64,000 bases of DNA from an uncultured delta proteobacterium (GCA_963843145.1 CAWJJC010000020.1:640001-704000); one strand, 5' to 3'; counted from the stretch's first letter, positions 50,271 through 60,324 are shown. Notes: generated by a model not told the origin, from the letters alone. A program made the numbers and translations.

Positions 50271-51460
50271 CACTCTACCAGGCCCGCTGGATCGTCCCGG
50301 TAAGCCGCCCCCCCATTGAGCAAGGGATCATCGCGGTCCGAAACGGCGAGATAACCGCGGTAGGGAGGGGAAAGGAAATTTCCACGGCCTTTCCCGGGGA
50401 ACGGCGGGACTTGGGCCAGGGAGCGATCCTTCCCGGCTTGATCAATGCGCACACCCATGTGGAACTGTCCCAGTTTAAAGGTCTCATTCCGGAAGGTTTG
50501 GGGTTTGTTTCCTGGGTGAGGAACCTGTTGTCTCTCAAAGAAAAAACCAAGGCGGAGAATCCGGACGAGGCCGTGGGACCGGCCTGGGATGAAATCAGCC
50601 GTACCGGCACCTGTGCCGCCGGGGACTGGATCAGTCTGGGGCGCTTGATCCCGCGAGGGTCTTTATCGAAAATATTCCGTCGGTTATTCTTTGAAGTGAT
50701 CGGGTTTGACTCCTCGGCGTTGACTTTGCCGGAGGGCCTCGACGAGAGACCGGCGCCGGACCTATTCGGAAGTTTAACCCTGGGGGCCCACGCCCCCCAT
50801 AGCACCTCGGCCGCTTTGCTCCAGGCCGCCAAAACCTGGACCCGGCGAAGGGGTCTGCCGCTCGCCGTTCATGTGGCGGAATCGCCGGAGGAAACTGAGT
50901 TTCTGTTCTCCGGCAGCGGCCTCTGGAAGGATTTTTTGATCGAGCGGGGTAAATGGGTCGAGGGTTGGAGAGCCCCGGGGACCACTCCGGTAAAATACCT
51001 GGACCACCTGGGTCTGCTGGATGAAAAGACGCTGGCGGTTCACCTGACCCAGGCGGATGAAGCGGATCTTTCCCTGCTCCGAAAAAGAAACGTCCGGATA
51101 GCGGTTTGTCCCCGCAGCAACCAATTCATTGTCGGCGCCCTCCCCAAAATTCCTTTTATGCTGCGGATGGGCCTGAACCCGGCCTTGAGCACCGACAGCC
51201 TGGCGAGCAACCGGGACCTCAGTCTCTGGGGAGAAATGGAAACCGTGCAGCAGGCCTTCCCGGAGATCGAACCCGAGGAAATTATCCGGATGGCAACGAT
51301 CAACGGGGCTTCGGCCCTGGATCTTTCCGAAGAGCTGGGAGACTTGACGCCGGGGAAAAAGGCCCGCATGTTCTTTCTTCCTTTGCCTGAGGTCAATAAG
51401 GCGAATTTATTGTCCGCCATCATTCAATCCCGGGGCCACGGATTGGAATGGGTGTCGTAA
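50258..51460 (+). CDS. Amidohydrolase, probable aminodeoxyfutalosine deaminase
   Basis: PGLINAHTHVELS, HAPHS, HVAESPEE, CPRSN, TDSLASN; operon context. Confidence 0.78.
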   Translation: MDQITLYQARWIVPVSRPPIEQGIIAVRNGEITAVGRGKEISTAFPGERRDLGQGAILPGLINAHTHVELSQFKGLIPEGLGFVSWVRNLLSLKEKTKAENPDEAVGPAWDEISRTGTCAAGDWISLGRLIPRGSLSKIFRRLFFEVIGFDSSALTLPEGLDERPAPDLFGSLTLGAHAPHSTSAALLQAAKTWTRRRGLPLAVHVAESPEETEFLFSGSGLWKDFLIERGKWVEGWRAPGTTPVKYLDHLGLLDEKTLAVHLTQADEADLSLLRKRNVRIAVCPRSNQFIVGALPKIPFMLRMGLNPALSTDSLASNRDLSLWGEMETVQQAFPEIEPEEIIRMATINGASALDLSEELGDLTPGKKARMFFLPLPEVNKANLLSAIIQSRGHGLEWVS

Positions 51461-51493
51461 CCAAACCTATCATTTTAAAAATGGGAAGTAACC

Positions 51494-52942
51494 ATGGCCT
51501 ATGCTGATTTACAGTCGTTTATATCCAGGCTGGAAAAGGAGGGGGAACTGGTTCGCATCAGGGAACCGCTGGATCCCTATTTGGAGATCTGCGAGGTAAC
51601 CGACCGGGTCTGCAAGGCGGGCGGTCCCGCACTCCTTTTTGAGGCGGTGAAGGGGAACACCGTTCCGGTGCTGACCAACGCCTTCGGTTCATTAAAACGG
51701 ATGTGCCGGGCTCTGGAAGTGGAGCGCCTGGATCAGATCGGAGAGGAAATTCACCAGTTGTTGGCCCTCAAACCTCCCCAAGGTTTCATGGACAAACTCC
51801 GGCTGCTCCCCCGGCTCAAACGGCTTCGGGACCTGCTGCCGCGCACGGTGGACCAGGGGCCCTGCCAGGAAGTCGTTTTTCAGGAAAACCCGGACCTGTC
51901 CGCCTACCCGGTCCTGACCACCTGGCCCCTGGATGGCGGTCCATTCATCACCCTTCCCCTGGTCATCACTCGGGATCCGTTGACCGGGAAACGCAACGTG
52001 GGCATGTACCGCCTCCAGGTATTTGACGCCAGGACCCTGGGGGTCCACTGGCAACTCCATAAAGTGGGGGCCCAGCATTTTCGCGCCGCCGAAGCCTCGG
52101 GGAAGGACCTGCCCGTGGCCGTGGCTCTGGGACCAGACCCGGCCCTGACCTACGCGGCCACCGCCCCGCTGCCGGAAGAGCTGGATGAATTCATGTTCGC
52201 CGGATTCCTGCGCCGGGAGCCCGTCAAACTGGTCAAATGTCGAACCATCGATCTGGAGGTGCCGGCCAACGCCCAGATCGTCATTGAAGGGATCGTCCCG
52301 GCCGGGAAGCGGCGACGAGAAGGGCCTTTCGGGGATCACACGGGCTATTATTCCCTGGCGGATGACTATCCGCTGATGGAGGTAACCTGCATCACTCAGC
52401 GAAAGAACCCTGTTTACCCGGCTACGGTAGTAGGGGTGCCGCCCATGGAAGACGCCTTCCTGGGCAAAGCCACGGAGCGGATTTTCCTGCCCCTGCTTCG
52501 TCAGACCCTGCCGGAAATCCGGGATATGCATCTGCCGGCCGCCGGCGCTTTCCATAACTTCGCCCTGGTGTCCATAAACAAGCGCTATCCCGGGCACGCC
52601 AAAAAGGTCATGATGGCCCTCTGGGGGCTGGGACAGATGATGTTTTCCAAATTCATCGTGGTCTTTGACGGGGAGGTGGACGTCCAGGACCTGAACCAGG
52701 TCCTCTGGCAATGGGGGGCCAATGTGGACCCCCGGCGGGACTCGGTACTGGTGGAAGGCCCGGTGGATGCGCTGGATCACGCCGCACCGCTGCCGGCTCT
52801 GGGCAGCAAAATCGGGTTTGATGCCACAACCAAATGGCCGGAGGAAGGATTCGGCCGGCCCTGGCCGGATAAGATCCGCATGGATCCTCAGGTGAGCAAG
52901 AGGATCAATCAAATCTGGTCCAGGCTGGGGCTGCCGCGATGA
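51494..52942 (+). CDS. mqnL: UbiD-family menaquinone biosynthesis decarboxylase
   Basis: NVGMYRLQ, EGPFGDHTGYY, VGVPPMED, DALDHA; operon context. Confidence 0.85.
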   Translation: MAYADLQSFISRLEKEGELVRIREPLDPYLEICEVTDRVCKAGGPALLFEAVKGNTVPVLTNAFGSLKRMCRALEVERLDQIGEEIHQLLALKPPQGFMDKLRLLPRLKRLRDLLPRTVDQGPCQEVVFQENPDLSAYPVLTTWPLDGGPFITLPLVITRDPLTGKRNVGMYRLQVFDARTLGVHWQLHKVGAQHFRAAEASGKDLPVAVALGPDPALTYAATAPLPEELDEFMFAGFLRREPVKLVKCRTIDLEVPANAQIVIEGIVPAGKRRREGPFGDHTGYYSLADDYPLMEVTCITQRKNPVYPATVVGVPPMEDAFLGKATERIFLPLLRQTLPEIRDMHLPAAGAFHNFALVSINKRYPGHAKKVMMALWGLGQMMFSKFIVVFDGEVDVQDLNQVLWQWGANVDPRRDSVLVEGPVDALDHAAPLPALGSKIGFDATTKWPEEGFGRPWPDKIRMDPQVSKRINQIWSRLGLPR

Positions 52943-53799
52943 AGCAGCTCGCGACGATTTTTGAACTAGTCAAATTTGAACATACGATTTTTGCCCTGCC
53001 CTTTGCCTATCTGGGGGCCTGGCTGGCGGCTTCCGGTCCGCCCACCCTGAAGGTGGGGCTGCTGATCCTGGGGGCCATGGTCGGCGCCCGGACGGCGGCC
53101 ATGGCCTTCAACCGGATCGCCGATGCCAAAATCGACGCACTCAACCCGCGAACGGCCGGCCGGCCGATTCCCTCTGGACGCCTATCCTCGGCCGCAGCCT
53201 GGCTTGTCTGTCTAGCGGCGGCAGCGGCTTTTTTTCTGGCCAGTTGGGCCCTAAACCCCCTGGCTTTGGCCCTTTCGCCCCTGGCCCTGGGGGTGATCCT
53301 GGCCTATTCCTACACGAAACGGTTTACGGCGACCTCTCACCTGATACTGGGACTGGCCTTGGCGATAGCTCCCATCGGGGGTTGGGTGGCGGTGCGAAAT
53401 GAACTGGGGCTGCTCCCCTTGGTCTTGGGGGCCGGGGTCTTGTTTTGGGTGGCCGGCTTCGATGTCCTCTATGCCTGCCAGGACGAATCCTTTGATCGCC
53501 GGCACGGGCTGTATTCCCTTCCGGCCCGCAGGGGAGCCGCGGCGGCCTTTCGGGTGGCCGGTTTTTTTCATTTTCTGGCTTTTCTGTTTTTTGCCCTCAC
53601 GGGCCGACTGGCCAACCTGGGGGGATTCTTTTTTATCGGTTTAACCCTGGTCTTTATCTTTCTCTTTCTGGAACACCTGATTATTTCCCCCCGAGATCTT
53701 TCCAAGCTGCAGACTGCTTTTTTCACCTTGAACGGGGCGGTCAGTCTGGTTCTTTTTTTGGCCACCTGGCTGGAATTTTGGAAAGGACGTTCGTACTAA
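52939..53799 (+). CDS. mqnP: UbiA-family prenyltransferase of the futalosine pathway
   Basis: KFEHTIFALPFA, AMAFNRIADAKIDALNPRT..RP, YSYTKRF, FDVLYACQD. Confidence 0.85.
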   Translation: MKQLATIFELVKFEHTIFALPFAYLGAWLAASGPPTLKVGLLILGAMVGARTAAMAFNRIADAKIDALNPRTAGRPIPSGRLSSAAAWLVCLAAAAAFFLASWALNPLALALSPLALGVILAYSYTKRFTATSHLILGLALAIAPIGGWVAVRNELGLLPLVLGAGVLFWVAGFDVLYACQDESFDRRHGLYSLPARRGAAAAFRVAGFFHFLAFLFFALTGRLANLGGFFFIGLTLVFIFLFLEHLIISPRDLSKLQTAFFTLNGAVSLVLFLATWLEFWKGRSY

Positions 53800-53856
53800 A
53801 ACCTCTTGCCCCAGGGGGTACCTGCGGAGCATGAAAAAAATAAAGGAGGAGGTCCG

Positions 53857-54864
53857 ATGAATAAAAAAATTTTCCTCTTGTTAGGGGCCGCTTTCTGGCT
53901 GGTGAGTTTCTGTCCCCAGCCGGCCTCGGCCCTGACCACGGTCAAAGTGGGGATGCTCAAAGTTTCCAGCAGCGCTCCTCTTTTTGTGGGACTGGAAAAA
54001 GGATATTTTCAGGAGGAGGGGATCAAGATCGAGCCGATCTGGTTCAAGTCGGCCCAGCCCATTGCCATGGCTCTGGCCAGCGGGGATATTGATGTCGGGG
54101 CCACCGGTCTGACCGCCGGGCTATACAACGCCGCCGCCCAAGGAACCAAGCTGGCGGTCGTGGCGGATAAGGGTCGGGAATGGCCCGGCTATAAATTGAC
54201 CGCCCTGGTGGTGGATTCGAACCAAGCCAAGGCCGGAATCAAAGATCTCGCTCAACTCAAGGGTAAGCGGATCGGCATCACCCAGATAGGCTCCACCTTT
54301 CACTATATGCTGGGCAACCTGCTGGAGAAAAGGGGCCTGTCTCTCAAGGACGTCAAAGTCGTTCCCCTGAACAGCCTCAATACGATGCGGGACGCCGTTT
54401 TCAGCCACCAGATCGAGGCCGCCTTCATGGTCCAGCCCCATGTCACCCCGGCGGAAAAAGCGGACTTGGCCGAAGTGCTGCTCTGGGTGGGTGATCACCT
54501 GCCTTACCAGTTGGGAGGGATCTTTTATGGAGAAAAACTGATCAAGAACCACTCCCTGGCCGTCTCTTTTCTTAAGGGCTATATTCGCAGTTGCCGGTAT
54601 TATCATGAAAACGGATTGAGCAAGAAAGCGGGGGTGCCGACTCCGGAACTCCTGACCCTGATCGCTCGGTATACGGAAGAGAAACCCGAGGACGTGGCCG
54701 CCGGGCTCCCCTATATTGATCCCAACGGAGAGCTGCTCAGTGGTGACATTCAAAAACAGATTGACTGGTACGCGGCCCATGGCCTGGTGATCCGAAGGAT
54801 GCCTTCCTCCGAAATCATGGACCTTTCGCTTTACCGTGAGGCTCTGAAACAGCTTAAAAAATAA
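53857..54864 (+). CDS. ABC transporter substrate-binding protein (SsuA/NMT1-like)
   Basis: Sec signal peptide, APLFVGLEKGYFQEEG, LKGKRIG.TQ.GST. Confidence 0.88.
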   Translation: MNKKIFLLLGAAFWLVSFCPQPASALTTVKVGMLKVSSSAPLFVGLEKGYFQEEGIKIEPIWFKSAQPIAMALASGDIDVGATGLTAGLYNAAAQGTKLAVVADKGREWPGYKLTALVVDSNQAKAGIKDLAQLKGKRIGITQIGSTFHYMLGNLLEKRGLSLKDVKVVPLNSLNTMRDAVFSHQIEAAFMVQPHVTPAEKADLAEVLLWVGDHLPYQLGGIFYGEKLIKNHSLAVSFLKGYIRSCRYYHENGLSKKAGVPTPELLTLIARYTEEKPEDVAAGLPYIDPNGELLSGDIQKQIDWYAAHGLVIRRMPSSEIMDLSLYREALKQLKK

Positions 54865-55640
54865 TGCCGGTCTTGATCGAACAGCTTACCAAAACCTATC
54901 TGGACCGGAAGGGGCGGACCTTGACGGCGCTGGAAGGAGTGGATTTGACTGTCCGCGAGAGCGAATTCCTGACCCTCCTGGGGCCCAGCGGCAGCGGAAA
55001 AACAACACTGCTCAATATCATCGCCGGGTTGCTATCCCCCACTTCCGGCCGGGTGGTCTTCGAGGGAGCGAGTCTCAATGGTCGGCCGCTGACGGCGGTT
55101 GTTTTTCAGGAAGGCGCCCTTTTCCCCTGGCGGACCGTGGCAAAAAACATTCAGTTCGGACTGGAGGAAAAGGGCCTGGGAAAAACACAGCGCCGATCCC
55201 TGGCCGCTGAATTTATCCAATTGACGGGCCTGGCCGGCTTTGAGGATCGGTATCCCCACCAGCTCTCCGGAGGGTTAAAACAGCGGGTGGCCTTGGCTCG
55301 GGCCCTGGCCGTGAATCCCTATCTCCTGTTGATGGATGAACCGTTATCGGCCCTGGATGCCCAGACCCGGCTGCTGATGCAGCGGGAAATTTCGCAAATT
55401 TGGGAAAAGGCCAGAAACAGTGTCTTATACGTCACCCACAATATTCGGGAGGCCGTTTTCCTCAGCGATCGGGTGGCCGTCCTCTCGCGGAGACCGGGAC
55501 GGATCATAGACCTGGTCTCCATCGACCTGCCCCGTCCCCGCAGCGAGGATCTAACCCGTGAGCAGCCCTTCCAGCGATACGTGGATCGCTTATGGGCCCG
55601 GATCAAGGACCAAGCCCGCGAGGCCGTTGAGGAGGGATGA
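54864..55640 (+). CDS. ABC transporter ATP-binding protein (TauB/SsuB-like)
   Basis: [28 protein letters not shown]. Confidence 0.93.
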   Translation: MPVLIEQLTKTYLDRKGRTLTALEGVDLTVRESEFLTLLGPSGSGKTTLLNIIAGLLSPTSGRVVFEGASLNGRPLTAVVFQEGALFPWRTVAKNIQFGLEEKGLGKTQRRSLAAEFIQLTGLAGFEDRYPHQLSGGLKQRVALARALAVNPYLLLMDEPLSALDAQTRLLMQREISQIWEKARNSVLYVTHNIREAVFLSDRVAVLSRRPGRIIDLVSIDLPRPRSEDLTREQPFQRYVDRLWARIKDQAREAVEEG

Positions 55641-56500
55641 TGGCAGAGAAAAAGACCGCCTCTTTCTTAATCAGCCATCGGACGCCCCAGCCGTCCTATG
55701 CGGCGGCCCGAACCGGGACGGTTCGGGACAAGACCGCTTTTATCGATGACCGGCCCCAGCCTTATTTGAGCTGGATCGCTTTTGCGGTCTTGCTGGGCCT
55801 CTGGGAAGCGGCCGGCCGTCTCTCCCTGGTCTCCCCCCTCTTTTTGCCGGCTCCCAGCGATATTCTCCTGGAAGCCTGGGGACTGCTGATCTCCGGCCAG
55901 CTTTTCCGGCACCTGGGGATCAGCCTGTTCCGAATTGGAAGTGGTTTTATGCTAGCCGCCGGACTGGGCGTTCTGTCCGGGATCCTGCTGGGTTCTTCGC
56001 GCCTGGCAGAGGCGCTGGGGAATCCGATTCTGGCCGCCCTCTTTCCCATCCCTAAAATCGCCATCCTCCCCTTGCTGATTCTCTGGTTGGGAATCGGGGA
56101 AGCCCCGAAGATTGCGGTAATCGGTCTGGGGGTCTTTTTCCCCCTGGCCATCAACGTCTATACGGGCGTTAAGAACGTGGATCCCCTGTTGATCCGGGTG
56201 GCCCTGAGCCTCGGTTCCAGTCGTCTGGGCCTGATCAGAAAGGTTGTCTGGCCCGCCATTCTGCCCATGATCTTTGCCGGTCTGAAGCTGGGCCTGGGGA
56301 TCTCGCTCCTTTTGGTGGTGGCCGCCGAGATGATCGCCGCCGACGCCGGGATCGGGTATCTCATCCTCACCGCCGCCGACTTGATGCAGACCAAGAAACT
56401 GATGGTGGGGATCGGGATGCTGTCCGGGCTCGGAATTTTGTTTAACTGGCTGCTGGGGAAAATGGAACGGTGGCTGATTCCCTGGAAAGAGGGTCTCTAA
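55637..56500 (+). CDS. ABC transporter permease (TauC/SsuC-like)
   Basis: FLPAP, PIPKIAILPL...WLGIGE..K, VVAAEM. Confidence 0.92.
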   Translation: MMAEKKTASFLISHRTPQPSYAAARTGTVRDKTAFIDDRPQPYLSWIAFAVLLGLWEAAGRLSLVSPLFLPAPSDILLEAWGLLISGQLFRHLGISLFRIGSGFMLAAGLGVLSGILLGSSRLAEALGNPILAALFPIPKIAILPLLILWLGIGEAPKIAVIGLGVFFPLAINVYTGVKNVDPLLIRVALSLGSSRLGLIRKVVWPAILPMIFAGLKLGLGISLLLVVAAEMIAADAGIGYLILTAADLMQTKKLMVGIGMLSGLGILFNWLLGKMERWLIPWKEGL

Positions 56501-56508
56501 AGAGGAAA

Positions 56509-58329
56509 TTACAAGTCGGCCACGGCGATTTCCCAGCGCGTTACCGCCTGGCCGGATTCGTCCGTAACCGTGGCCTGTCTTTCACTAAACTGGACCCGTT
56601 TTAAATCCGACGGGACGATCAGAGAAACCTGTTTTCCCTTAATCGTGGTTCCGACATGAATAATCTGTCGGACCTTGACGAAAGATTCCAGGTTAGCCTG
56701 GTTGGCCTCTTGTTTAATTCTTTCAATCTGCGCCTTACGCCCCTGGATGGCCTGTTCCTGTTCCTCAATAGCCCGTTGCTGGGCCAGGATGGTTTCGGTA
56801 ACCTGATCCTGTTGTTCCAGCAACTGATTTAACGATCCCTCCACGGACTTGATTTTTCGTTCCAGATTTCTATATTCCCACTCCGCCTGGGACAGGCGGG
56901 CCAATTCGTTTTTTTGCCTCAATTCTTCAAGCTGAACCTGGAGGGGTTTCTGCTCCAGGATCCCGCGATCTTGGACCTGGGCCAGGTGGGCTATCTGGCC
57001 GTCATAGTTTTTGGATTCCCGTTTCAACTTTTCAATTTTTTTTCTTCCGGCCTCTTGTTCCTTTTTTAAGTTTTCAATTTCCAGGCCGATTTGTTTGCTC
57101 AATTCCTTAGCCTGAGAATCGACCCCAATAATCAAGGTACAGGGCCGGGAAGCTTCGGAACCGACAATCGCCAGGTCCATTCCTTTGCGGGCCGAAATGG
57201 TGGAGGAGATGATTTTCCCCGACGGGGAACTCATCGATAAAAGGCCGTTGATCTCGATATCCCCATGCAACACCTCATCCCGGACACTGATATCCCCCAA
57301 GGCCCAAATGGTGGAGGCTTCTATATAGCGGGCTTTAATATTCCCGCTGGCCTTGACCCGGGAACCAATGATGCCGCCCTGAATATCGATATCTCCCTCA
57401 ATGTCCACTTCGGCCTTGTTGATTTCCAAAGCCGTTAAACGACCGCCCTTAACCCGAAATCCTTCCTGGATGATCCCGCGGACATTGATGTGGCCATTAA
57501 ACTGGATGTGGCCGGTCTCCAATCCCACGTCCCCCTCGATTCTCAGTTCCGGGTAAACTGAGATCCGGCCATCTTTGGCCAGGGCCGGCCGCCCGCCGGT
57601 CTTGGCGGAGAGCTTCAGTCCATCCTCTGAAACCTTGGTGTTTTCCCCCGTCAGCAAATGGGCATCCTGCGCCTTGTCTACCGGGATCATTTGACCAAAG
57701 ACATCTTTCCCGGGGACCTCTTCGACCAAGGGAACTTTTTCGGCCAAAAGGTCTCCTTCCTTGACTTGCTGGATTTCTCCTTTATCCCTGAAGTCGATTA
57801 TTCCGCTATCGCGAACGGTCCCGACTTTATGGGCTTCCGTGTCAAACTGATAGATAATATTCGCATCTTCTCCCGACTGGGGAGGAGTTCCTTCGGCAAT
57901 CAACCAGCCCTCTTCCTTCGGTTCCAGGGAGGTTAAAAAGTTGGAGAGGTCGTTATCTCCTATCAATCCGAAAACGATTCCTTTTGAGGAAACATACTCT
58001 TTCAATGTCTCCAGGGTGATGGAATCCGGCGCCGACTCCGGAGGGAATAATCGGGCGCTTAATCGGTCATCTGGGATCACTATTTTAAACCCCAATGATT
58101 CAAGTTCCGGGATGTTCGTTTCCTGGGGCTCGGCCTCTTTCGAAGGGTCAGCGGTTGTTGATTTTTCTGTCTCCACGGACGGGGGTCCGGTAGGCGCCCC
58201 ATCCTCAAAAACAATTTTGAATTTTTGGCCGCATTTTAAGCAGGGAGCAATCTTATGCAGGGCGGTTTCCGGGACGCGGTATCTGGTCCCGCAGGCGGGG
58301 CAAAGGGCGGGTCGTTTCTGAATCTCCAT
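56509..58329 (-). CDS. FapA/DUF342 family protein with N-terminal zinc ribbon
   Basis: CPAC...CLKC; IAEGTPP..GED, DFR......V..GD.LA.K.P...G, GDV...TG.I.F.G repeats, coiled coil. Confidence 0.82.
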   Translation of the reverse strand: MEIQKRPALCPACGTRYRVPETALHKIAPCLKCGQKFKIVFEDGAPTGPPSVETEKSTTADPSKEAEPQETNIPELESLGFKIVIPDDRLSARLFPPESAPDSITLETLKEYVSSKGIVFGLIGDNDLSNFLTSLEPKEEGWLIAEGTPPQSGEDANIIYQFDTEAHKVGTVRDSGIIDFRDKGEIQQVKEGDLLAEKVPLVEEVPGKDVFGQMIPVDKAQDAHLLTGENTKVSEDGLKLSAKTGGRPALAKDGRISVYPELRIEGDVGLETGHIQFNGHINVRGIIQEGFRVKGGRLTALEINKAEVDIEGDIDIQGGIIGSRVKASGNIKARYIEASTIWALGDISVRDEVLHGDIEINGLLSMSSPSGKIISSTISARKGMDLAIVGSEASRPCTLIIGVDSQAKELSKQIGLEIENLKKEQEAGRKKIEKLKRESKNYDGQIAHLAQVQDRGILEQKPLQVQLEELRQKNELARLSQAEWEYRNLERKIKSVEGSLNQLLEQQDQVTETILAQQRAIEEQEQAIQGRKAQIERIKQEANQANLESFVKVRQIIHVGTTIKGKQVSLIVPSDLKRVQFSERQATVTDESGQAVTRWEIAVADL

Positions 58330-58605
58330 AGGGCTCCCAAGAAAGTGTACGGATATTGCGGAACCAATTGAATATTAGTATAGCCGAACTCGGTTGCCAA
58401 GGAAAAACGTAACCCGGATCAATGAGGAAACGGCAATTTTTTCCCTCAGGCGGTGCCGGAAAGGAATTCCAGCAATCCGCAATTTCAAAATTATGGTCGA
58501 GGAACAATCCCCTTTTTGTTTGCAGGGAAGTAGGTTTATTTAATAAAATCGAATTTCTATCCGGTTCTCGAAAAAAATGAAGGCCATTTCATTATTGGGC
58601 GGCAC

Positions 58606-58623
58606 ACGGCATCTAAATTGCAT
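58606..58623 (+). promoter_or_regulatory. Sigma54 (-24/-12) promoter
   Basis: CGGCATCTAAATTGCA, GG-N10-GC, about 35 nt before the 58657 start. Confidence 0.7.
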
Positions 58624-58656
58624 AAAAAAGTTAAAAAAACTAAGGAGCTATTGCCT

Positions 58657-59139
58657 ATGGATATCCAAAAAATCGGAATTTCTCCTTCCCTGCCCTCGAT
58701 GGGGCAGAACCAGGAGACCAAAAAGACATCGGATTTTCAACGGATCCTCCAGGAGGCCCATCAATCCGTCAGCGCTTCAAAACCAGATCCGAGTCTCCTG
58801 CTCACCCCCCCCACTCAACCCCTGGCCCCAGGATTTGAAATCGGCCCGCTGAAGGGAGTTATAGAAGTTCAATCCGCAGACCAACTGCGAGCCCAAGGAG
58901 TTTCGGCGGCCGAAAAGACCCTGGATTTACTGGGGCAATACCAGCAGGCCCTGTCAGATCCGGCTCAATCGCTCAAGCAAATCAGCCCCCTGGTTGAATC
59001 CCTGTCACAAAGGGTAGACCAATTGCAAGGGTTGACCCAGCAATTCGCCGCGGGGGATCCTTTGCATAAAATTATCCAGGATGTCGGGGTGGTCTCGGCC
59101 GCGGAGATCGCCAAATTTAATCGCGGAGATTATGTCTAA
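58657..59139 (+). CDS. Hypothetical protein, probably flagellar-associated
   Basis: AGGAG RBS, sigma54 promoter; ends ..EIAKFNRGDYV. Confidence 0.7.
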   Translation: MDIQKIGISPSLPSMGQNQETKKTSDFQRILQEAHQSVSASKPDPSLLLTPPTQPLAPGFEIGPLKGVIEVQSADQLRAQGVSAAEKTLDLLGQYQQALSDPAQSLKQISPLVESLSQRVDQLQGLTQQFAAGDPLHKIIQDVGVVSAAEIAKFNRGDYV

Positions 59140-59151
59140 AAGAGAACGTAC

Positions 59152-59760
59152 ATGACCATTTCCATAGGCTCGACCTTGCCGACCGTGGAAGAACTCCCGG
59201 CAGTAGCCACCAGGGGGATTCCCCTGAGCGCTCCTCGAAATTCCACTTTTCCTCAACTATTGGAGACCAAACTGTCCCAGCCCGGCCCGTCAGGGGAAGG
59301 GCCGAGGCAGACGAGTATCGAATATATAGTCCAACCCGGCGACACTTTATGGAAACTGGGTGTCAAAAAATTTCAGACAGACCCCTACCAAATCGCGCGG
59401 GATAACGGAATCAAGAATCCGGACCGAATTTATCCCGGGCAAAAACTGACGATCCGGAAAGAGGTAAATCCAGGTTCTCAGGAGGTGACCGCCAGTTGGT
59501 ATGGGGCGGACTACCAAAATAAACCCACCGCCAGCGGGGAACGATTCGATATGTATAAGAATACGCTGGCCCATAAGACCTTACCCCTGGGAACCGAGGT
59601 TAGATTGACCAATCCCAAAAATGGTCTGCAGGTCGTGGCCAAAATCAATGACCGAGGCCCTTTCATTTCCGGAAGGGATGTGGATCTTTCTTACGGGCTG
59701 GCTCGGAAACTGGATATGGTTACCCAAGGCGTGGGAAAATTGAAGATGGAAATCTTATGA
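59152..59760 (+). CDS. LysM plus RlpA (DPBB) lytic transglycosylase-like protein
   Basis: YIVQPGDTLW...NGIKNPDRIYPGQ; ASWYG, TASGE, AHKTLPLGT, INDRGPF, DLS. Confidence 0.88.
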   Translation: MTISIGSTLPTVEELPAVATRGIPLSAPRNSTFPQLLETKLSQPGPSGEGPRQTSIEYIVQPGDTLWKLGVKKFQTDPYQIARDNGIKNPDRIYPGQKLTIRKEVNPGSQEVTASWYGADYQNKPTASGERFDMYKNTLAHKTLPLGTEVRLTNPKNGLQVVAKINDRGPFISGRDVDLSYGLARKLDMVTQGVGKLKMEIL

Positions 59761-60092
59761 TCTTCTGCCCCAGATTTTTCATCGTTTTTTTAACTTCGTT
59801 CGTCCTGCTGGCCATGGCCTTCGAAGTCTTTTCCGGTGGAATCGACCAACCCCCTTTCCCCCGGGATACACGCACTGTTGAGCAACCGGCACCGGTCAGG
59901 CCAGCCGAGCTGAATATGAACAGGCCCTCTGCGGTAGGGGTTCAAGAGGTCTCCCGTCCTGACGGGGGAAGCGATGTCATCTATTATTCCATTACTCCGC
60001 CGGAAGAGAAGCAGGCCAGGCGGCAGGCAGAAATCCAAAAACAGGAAAAATCGCTGGAGCTATTGGATCGAGCGGTTATCATCAAACGGTAA
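59757..60092 (+). CDS. Hypothetical exported protein
   Basis: N-terminal hydrophobic segment; ATGA overlap with the upstream gene. Confidence 0.55.
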   Translation: MIFCPRFFIVFLTSFVLLAMAFEVFSGGIDQPPFPRDTRTVEQPAPVRPAELNMNRPSAVGVQEVSRPDGGSDVIYYSITPPEEKQARRQAEIQKQEKSLELLDRAVIIKR

Positions 60093-60324
60093 CAGGGTTT
60101 TTTAATCTTGTAGTCCAATAGGCTGCTGTTCAAAGGGGATCCGTAACGTTTCTTTAGAGAAGCTCACGTTTTACAGTCTGTCTGTTTTTCCTGGTTGGCT
60201 CCCGTCCCTTCCGTCCATTGCTCCCCCTTTCTCCCTAACAAAATAAATTCATTGACTAAAAGGCCGGGTTAGGCAAAAATACGGCACTGAGTAGTGAGTC
60301 TAATCCTATTGCCAAGAGGTCCCA

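Noticed and set aside
53857-54864. SBP as a cryptic MqnA or MqnD enzyme
   Set aside because: It has a Sec signal peptide and is coupled to ATPase and permease genes
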